11,323 nt of DNA. Source: Armatimonadota bacterium (GTDB lineage Bacteria > Sysuimicrobiota > Sysuimicrobiia > Sysuimicrobiales > Humicultoraceae). The position numbers and the translations under genes were made by a program. The notes under the pieces are model-generated. The model was not told the DNA's origin. It saw only the letters and a program-made list of their open reading frames with translations, and did not search any database. The stretch covers positions 1 to 11,323 of the forward strand of contig JBQTJP010000183.1 in assembly GCA_052386995.1 (NCBI GenBank). The letters run 5' to 3'. Shown here piece by piece: positions 7,066-11,323 of this stretch; the stretch's first letter is position 1, and the number at the start of each line of letters is the position of its first letter.

Positions 7066-7109
7066 TTAACATCCGCTTAACCACGTCAGACCTCCCGATT
7101 TCGTAGGAT
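7066..7109 (+). promoter_or_regulatory. OmpR/PhoB-type direct-repeat box plus -10 element
   Basis: CTTAAC-atccg-CTTAAC (TTAAC at 7066-7070 and 7077-7081), then TAGGAT at 7104-7109. Confidence 0.55.
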
Positions 7110-7130
7110 GCGAGTGGAGTCTCTCGCTGA

Positions 7131-7229
7131 TTCGAACTGGACCTCAAGCCGGGCACGTACCAAGCCATCTGCACGATCCCGGGACACAGAGAGGCCGGCA
7201 TGGCCGTGGCGGTGGAAGTCGGCACATAG
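7131..7229 (+). pseudogene. C-terminal relic of a cupredoxin (blue copper protein)
   Basis: Frame FELDLKPGTYQAICTIPGHREAGMAVAVEVGT* carries the C-x4-H-x4-M copper loop. In-frame stops lie upstream (TGA 7128, TAG 7104) and there is no start or N-terminal half. Not in the ORF track. Confidence 0.8.
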
Positions 7230-7233
7230 CAGG

Positions 7234-8211
7234 TCAGAGATCTGCCCCGGGTCCCGGCACGCTGCCTTCGCGCCGGGCAGCCGGCGCTGCCTCGACCGCG
7301 GGCCGAAGCAGCGAGAGAATGATCGACCCGGCGATAAGCGCGGCGATGACGACCAGCGAGAGGGCGATCGGGACCGTGTACACGTCGCTGGCCACCATCT
7401 TGACCCCCACGAATGTCAGGACCAGCCCGAGCCCGACCTTGAGGTAATGAAAGCGTGTCATCACGCCGGCCAGCAGGAAGAAGAGCGCCCGCAAACCCAG
7501 GATGGCGAAGATGTTCGACGTGTAGACGATGAACGGGTCGCTGGTGACCGCGAAGATGGCCGGAATGGAATCGACGGCGAAGACGATGTCGGTCGCCTCG
7601 ATGACGACAAGGACGAGCAGCAGCGGTGTGGCGAGGAGCCGTCCGTCCAGCCGAAGGAAGAACCGCTGGCCGCGAAAGTCGGGAGTGACCGGCAGGTACT
7701 GCCTGACTAGCCGCAGGGCAGGATTTCGTTCGGGATGCACGTCATGGTCGGGCGCGCGCAGAAGCCGGATCCCCGTATAGATCAGCAGCCCCCCGAAGAG
7801 ATAGATCACCCAGTGGAACGCCTGCAGCAGCGCCGCGCCGGCCAGGATGAAGATGACGCGGAAGACGATGGCGCCCAGGATGCCCCAAAACAGCACGCGG
7901 TGCTGATAGGCTGCCGGAACCGAGAAGTACGAGAAGATGACCAGGAAGACGAAGATGTTGTCGACGCTGAGCGCCTTCTCGATGAGGTAGCCTGCCAGAA
8001 ACTCCATCCCCCGCTCGGCCCCGAACCACCGGAAGACACCGACGTTGAACAGGAGGGCCAGCGCGATCCAGAAGACGCTCCAGCCAAGCGCCTCACGGGT
8101 GCTGACGGCATGGGCCTTCCGGTGAAAGACCCCAAGATCCAGCGCGAGCATCGCCAGCACGAACAGCGTGAACCCGCCCCACAGAAGTGGGGTGCCGACC
8201 GATTCGGGCAT
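7234..8211 (-). CDS. TerC/Alx family membrane protein (Mn2+ export/homeostasis)
   Basis: Motifs LALDLGVF, GYLIEKALSVDNIFVF, YQHRVLFWGILGA, IEATDIVFAVDSIPAIFAVT and TSNIFAILGLRALFF. RBS AGGAGG lies 9 nt before ATG 8211 (alternative ATG 8217). Confidence 0.95.
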   Translation of the reverse strand: MPESVGTPLLWGGFTLFVLAMLALDLGVFHRKAHAVSTREALGWSVFWIALALLFNVGVFRWFGAERGMEFLAGYLIEKALSVDNIFVFLVIFSYFSVPAAYQHRVLFWGILGAIVFRVIFILAGAALLQAFHWVIYLFGGLLIYTGIRLLRAPDHDVHPERNPALRLVRQYLPVTPDFRGQRFFLRLDGRLLATPLLLVLVVIEATDIVFAVDSIPAIFAVTSDPFIVYTSNIFAILGLRALFFLLAGVMTRFHYLKVGLGLVLTFVGVKMVASDVYTVPIALSLVVIAALIAGSIILSLLRPAVEAAPAARREGSVPGPGADL

Positions 8212-8286
8212 TTCCATAGACCTCCTCTGGCGGCGGGCACACACACGAAGAGGCGAGGCCTACGCCGCCGTTTGTGCTCACAGCAG

Positions 8287-8390
8287 CGAAGGTCTCGCCC
8301 CCGCAGTTCAATGGGTGCCGGGCCGGATCACTTGCGCGATCGTGCTGACGGCCCGTACACGGAGTCAGGCTCCGCGGCTACTCCCCTTCG
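8287..8390 (-). ncRNA. yybP-ykoY (Mn2+-sensing) riboswitch aptamer
   Basis: Minus strand reads CGAAGGGGAGUAGC...CGUCAGCACG...GGCGAGACCUUCG, matching the family's conserved blocks, with P1 closing CGAAGG/CCUUCG. It sits in the leader of a TerC/Alx gene, the canonical context. Confidence 0.92.
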
Positions 8391-8396
8391 TGGCCA

Positions 8397-8425
8397 AGGA
8401 TACACCAACCGTGCATGACAGGCAA
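8397..8425 (-). promoter_or_regulatory. Sigma70-type promoter for the riboswitch-terC transcript
   Basis: TTGCCT (8425-8420), 17 nt, TATCCT (8402-8397), ending 6 nt before the aptamer. Confidence 0.7.
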
Positions 8426-8524
8426 CACATAACCATGATTGATCTCGAGAAATCTGGTCGGCACGCCAGGAATGTCTGCAGGACCAGGAAGGTGGTCGTC
8501 GTCTTAGCCCTGGGCGGATCGCCT

Positions 8525-8959
8525 CTATGGGCTCACGACAATCCGGCCGACCATGCCGGCTTCCCGATGTCCCGGGACGCTGCAGAAAAACTGGTACTCG
8601 CCCTGCAGGTCGGATCTGAACCCGCTTGTCGTCGACTGCTCCGGAGGCACCACCATCCAGATGCCTTGAGCCGGCACCACCAGATCATGCACGGTCACGC
8701 CCTGGTTGACGAGTTTGAGATTTACCACCTCGCCGGCCTTGATCGTAATCTCGGCCGGTTTGAAGGAGAAATCGCCGGCAACAATGTCGATCGTCCTGGC
8801 GCCGGCGATGGGCGGAAGCACTTCGCCGCGCATCAGCGGGCCATGATGCCAGCGCCACCAGTCGGTACCTCCCCACCCCCAGCTCAATCCACTCAGGATG
8901 AGCAGGCCCAGAATTCCAATGGCGATAAGCAGGACACCCAAGCGCAGCCTGTTCTGCAT
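8525..8959 (-). CDS. Exported or membrane-anchored cupredoxin (plastocyanin/azurin-like blue copper protein)
   Basis: N-terminal hydrophobic helix; FSFKPAEITIKAGEVV, N-x5-HDL and YQFFCSVPGHREAGMVG supply the H, C, H, M ligand set. Confidence 0.9.
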   Translation of the reverse strand: MQNRLRLGVLLIAIGILGLLILSGLSWGWGGTDWWRWHHGPLMRGEVLPPIAGARTIDIVAGDFSFKPAEITIKAGEVVNLKLVNQGVTVHDLVVPAQGIWMVVPPEQSTTSGFRSDLQGEYQFFCSVPGHREAGMVGRIVVSP

Positions 8960-8970
8960 CGCCGGTTTCC

Positions 8971-9315
8971 CTACGAGAGCTCCTTCTTCAGGGCGTCGTA
9001 CTCCTCACGGGTGATCTCGCCCTTTGCCAGCCGCCGCTTGAGAATCTCCAGCGGAGCCTCGCCCGGGCCTGCCGGCGGGGCGGCGCCGTCACGTCGCACC
9101 AGTGAGGTCACGACGAACCCAACACCCACCAGAACGAGCACCCAGAAGAGGAAGCCCAAGAGTTGCATGCCACCCATCCATCCCCAACCTCCGCCGGACC
9201 AGGGTCCGCCCATCATCCCCCACCCGCCCATCATGCCCATGCCGCCGAGCAATGGCAGCAGGACGAGGACGCCGACGACCACCAAGGCAACGATGGCGAT
9301 ATCGCGACCAGTCAT
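8971..9315 (-). CDS. SHOCT-domain membrane protein with a Gly/Met-rich loop
   Basis: Two TM helices around GGMGMMGGWGMMGG; C-terminal PLEILKRRLAKGEITREEYDALKKEL. RBS GAGGTGA before ATG 9315. Confidence 0.88.
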   Translation of the reverse strand: MTGRDIAIVALVVVGVLVLLPLLGGMGMMGGWGMMGGPWSGGGWGWMGGMQLLGFLFWVLVLVGVGFVVTSLVRRDGAAPPAGPGEAPLEILKRRLAKGEITREEYDALKKELS

Positions 9316-9327
9316 GGTTTTCACCTC

Positions 9328-9417
9328 ACTTGTCCTAGACAAGTATAGACCTGATTTTCTTCAGCCAAAAATCCGTTCGGCACCCGATGGCTGCCCTGCC
9401 CAGGGGTGGGCCACGAT
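9328..9417. promoter_or_regulatory. Divergent promoter with a palindromic box and a second operator-like inverted repeat
   Basis: Box ATCCGT-TCGGCA-CCCGAT (9371-9388). Minus-strand TATACT (9347-9342) is 23 nt away and a weak plus-strand CACGAT (9412-9417) is 23 nt away. ACTTGTC-CTA-GACAAGT at 9328-9344. Confidence 0.55.
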
Positions 9418-9440
9418 GGAGTCAAGGGAGGTGACGCATC

Positions 9441-9932
9441 ATGATACGCACACGCGTGGCAGTAATCGTCGGACTTGGTCTGCTGGTAGGCGCGCTGGCC
9501 CTGACGCTGCCGGGTACGGGGGCAGGGTCGCCTGCGCCGACGAAGCGCACGATCTACATGGCCGCGGTCGAGCCGAAGGGCGGCACCGCGGTCACGGCCG
9601 AGGCGTTTCCCGCGACGCCGCTGCCGCAAGGCCCGGGCTACGTGTTGAAGGCGCCGGACGCATCGGGGCGCTGGGAAGTCTCGGCTTATCAGTGGCAGCC
9701 GGGGTTCATCCTGGCCCAGGAGGGCGATGATGTCACGCTGGAGATCCTGGGCATCAACGGCGCGGAGCACCAGTCACTGATCGAAGGAATCAACGTGCCC
9801 GCCTTCAACGTCAAGCGCGGGCAGATCACGACGGTAAACTTCCGCGCGCCGCGACAGGGGTTCTACCGCATCGTCTGCTCGGCTCACCTGCCGACGATGG
9901 TCGGGTACCTGGTGGTGCTGCCGAGACGCTAG
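9441..9932 (+). CDS. Secreted cupredoxin-fold protein
   Basis: RBS GGAGGTGA; signal-like N-terminus; WQPGFILAQEGDDVTL, NGAEH and GFYRIVCSAHLPTMVG (H...C-x2-H-x3-M). Confidence 0.8.
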   Translation: MIRTRVAVIVGLGLLVGALALTLPGTGAGSPAPTKRTIYMAAVEPKGGTAVTAEAFPATPLPQGPGYVLKAPDASGRWEVSAYQWQPGFILAQEGDDVTLEILGINGAEHQSLIEGINVPAFNVKRGQITTVNFRAPRQGFYRIVCSAHLPTMVGYLVVLPRR

Positions 9933-10078
9933 CGTACGCTGGGAACATCTCGCCCGGGGCGGCCTGACAGTCCCCGTACAGGCCGCTTCGCGAACGACCG
10001 GGAGGTCGAGAACCCGCTGAGGTCCCGGCCTCCCGGAACGATGTGCTTCATGTGCGGCCCGATCGGTTCTTTAGCAGA

Positions 10079-10125
10079 ATACGTCCTGCGCCCGATTGGC
10101 AGTGCCGCAGCCCGCCGCCTAGTCT
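10079..10125 (+). promoter_or_regulatory. Orphan copy of the palindromic box plus -10-like element
   Basis: ATACGT-CCTGCG-CCCGAT (10079-10096), then TAGTCT at 10120-10125, 23 nt downstream. Confidence 0.4.
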
Positions 10126-10130
10126 GAGGG

Positions 10131-10217
10131 GTGTTGAAGGACACCTGCCTCTCCGATCCGGTCGGCGCCAGCGCGGTCTTCTACGACACCAGAGTCAGAC
10201 TGGTAAAGGTGGCCTAG
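10131..10217 (+). pseudogene. Possible extreme C-terminal relic of a molybdopterin oxidoreductase catalytic subunit (TtrA-like)
   Basis: Frame VLKDTCLSDPVGASAVFYDTRVRLVKVA* resembles the D-P-x-G-G-x-x-x-F-Y-D-T-x-V tail I recall for such enzymes. In-frame TGA at 10125-10127 upstream. Recognised from memory only. Confidence 0.45.
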
Positions 10218-10274
10218 CCCTCACGCCCGAGTGTGATGGGGCCGTCGGGGGCCGCATAGCTCTCCGGCAAGGTG

Positions 10275-10304
10275 TTGACCAATATTCATACCAAGGTATA
10301 TACT
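10275..10304 (+). promoter_or_regulatory. Sigma70 promoter of the TA operon with an embedded palindrome (likely autoregulatory operator)
   Basis: TTGACC (10275-10280), 18 nt, TATACT (10299-10304). ATACC-AA-GGTAT at 10288-10299. Confidence 0.65.
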
Positions 10305-10324
10305 GAAACTCGAGGTGGTGACCG

Positions 10325-10612
10325 GTGGCCAAGATTGTCGGCGTCAAAGAAGCCCACCAGCGCCTGGCCAGGCTGATCCGGAGGGCTGAAGAGGGCGAAC
10401 AGGTCGTCATCACTCGCGACAGGGTGCCCGCCGCCGTCCTTCTCGGGGCCAAAGAGTACAATGCGCTTATGGCCACGCTGGAAGAAATGGCCGACCCAGG
10501 AGCGCTGAGGGCGCTGCGGGAGGCGCAGGCCGACGCAAAGGCCGGGCGAGTGTACACCTATGAAGAGGTCTTTGGGCATTCACCTCTCCGAATGCTTCGA
10601 AAACGGCGTTAG
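10325..10612 (+). CDS. Type II antitoxin, Phd/YefM family
   Basis: KIVGVKEAHQRLARLIRRAEEGEQVVITRDRVPAAVLL is a Phd/YefM N-terminus. Its stop overlaps the toxin start by 1 nt. Confidence 0.92.
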   Translation: MAKIVGVKEAHQRLARLIRRAEEGEQVVITRDRVPAAVLLGAKEYNALMATLEEMADPGALRALREAQADAKAGRVYTYEEVFGHSPLRMLRKRR

Positions 10613-10863
10613 TGGCCGATCTCCGCTTTACCCGCAGGGCAGTCCGAGATATTCGCAGACTGCCTTCGGAAGCCCGCCGGAAGATCGAGGTTGCGCTGGA
10701 CGCATTGATTGACGAACCGAAATCCGGAGACCCTTTGCACGGCGACTGGAAAGGGTACTGGAAACTTCGTACGAGCGACTACCGGATCATTTATCGCATC
10801 ATCGACGCGGACGTCGTCGAAATCCAATACGTCCGACACCGGCGCGAGGCGTATCGCAAGTGA
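10612..10863 (+). CDS. Type II toxin, RelE/ParE family
   Basis: LRFTRRAVRDIRRL...GDPLHG...YWKLRTSDYRIIYRI...VRHRREAY; coupled to the antitoxin. Confidence 0.92.
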   Translation: MADLRFTRRAVRDIRRLPSEARRKIEVALDALIDEPKSGDPLHGDWKGYWKLRTSDYRIIYRIIDADVVEIQYVRHRREAYRK

Positions 10864-11207
10864 TCATTGCCCTGCTGCGCTTTCGTCCGCGAGGAGCTTG
10901 TCGATCAGGTTCTGCTTGGAGAAATGCCCGAAGGTAATGATCCGGAACGTCCCCTCCCGCCCCAGGAGCCGGCGACGGATCTGCTGCGGAGACCTCCCCT
11001 GAGCGGCTAGCGCCCGCGCCTGGTCGCGCAGGCGCTCCCAGAAGTCGAGCTTCCGCTGAAGCATCGTCTTGCCATCGTCAACGACTTTGCCGCTGCCGCA
11101 GAACACTGTGGTGACCAGCCCTGTCGCTCCTCAAAGAGGCAGACGTGATCGGGGCTGTGGCCCGGGGTGTGAAGCACCTTGAAGGCGTGGCGACGCGTGG
11201 TGACTAT
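10864..11207 (-). pseudogene. MBL-fold metallo-hydrolase relic (5'-truncated, internal deletion with frameshift)
   Basis: FKVLHTPGHSPDHVCLFEERQGW in one frame. The expected LFxGD segment is missing, and VTTVFCGSGKVVDDGK...RKLDFWE...GHFSKQNLI continues in another frame from about 11115. No HxHxDH region is present. Confidence 0.78.
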
Positions 11208-11239
11208 CGGATCTTATAAGGAGGGATAGCCCCACGAGC

Positions 11240-11323
11240 TTAGGCCTCGATCAGGCCTTTGCGGATGGCATAACGGACCAGTTCGGTGCGGTCGTGCAGG
11301 TTGAGTTTTTCCATGATATGGGC
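11240..11323 (-). CDS. 3' end of a NarL/FixJ-family (LuxR HTH) response regulator, partial
   Basis: AHIMEKLNLHDRTELVRYAIRKGLIEA* with TAA at 11242-11240. Not in the ORF track. Confidence 0.9.
   Translation of the reverse strand, partial: AHIMEKLNLHDRTELVRYAIRKGLIEA

Noticed and set aside
7128..7130. In-frame TGA before the cupredoxin tail as Sec
   Set aside because: It is not at a ligand position, the upstream frame is not cupredoxin-like, and it is closed by TAG at 7104 with no start codon.
1685..9730. Long ORFs 1685-3574 (-), 4430-5893 (-), 5335-6096 (-), 7108-7710 (+), 7735-8418 (+) and 8168-9730 (+)
   Set aside because: They lie mostly antisense to well-supported genes, have no recognisable domains, and are expected in high-GC sequence.
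10288..10299. ATACC-AA-GGTAT as a CsoR copper operator
   Set aside because: It lacks the longer C/G tracts typical of CsoR sites and lies in a TA promoter, where autoregulation is the simpler explanation.
1..11323. CRISPR array, tRNA (including selC), rRNA, transposase or integrase
   Set aside because: No regularly spaced repeats, cloverleaf or mobile-element motifs were seen by eye.

Overview
High-GC bacterial metal-homeostasis region, probably accessory. Left to right: the 5' part of a class I flavin-disulfide reductase (MerA/RclA/lipoamide dehydrogenase-like, minus strand, running off the left edge); an AcuB-like CBS protein; a Tat-exported two-domain multicopper oxidase; a stand-alone receiver protein; a SAM methyltransferase; a Cu-type P1B-ATPase with a CPD motif and an unusual Cys/His N-terminus; relics of a sensor kinase and a cupredoxin; a TerC/Alx gene under a yybP-ykoY Mn2+ riboswitch; two intact cupredoxins and a SHOCT protein; a Phd/YefM-RelE toxin-antitoxin pair; a decayed MBL-fold hydrolase; and the 3' end of a NarL/LuxR-type regulator. 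Two observations stand out. (1) The ORF track stops the reductase at an in-frame TGA exactly where the first catalytic Cys should be (GGT-[TGA]-VNVGC). The frame stays open beyond it and a SECIS-like hairpin follows, so this is a likely selenoprotein. (2) An 18-bp palindromic box (ATCsGk-N6-CCCGAT) recurs six times in intergenic DNA, five times 22-23 nt upstream of a -10-like hexamer, suggesting a local regulon. All calls come from reading the sequence; no searches were run.
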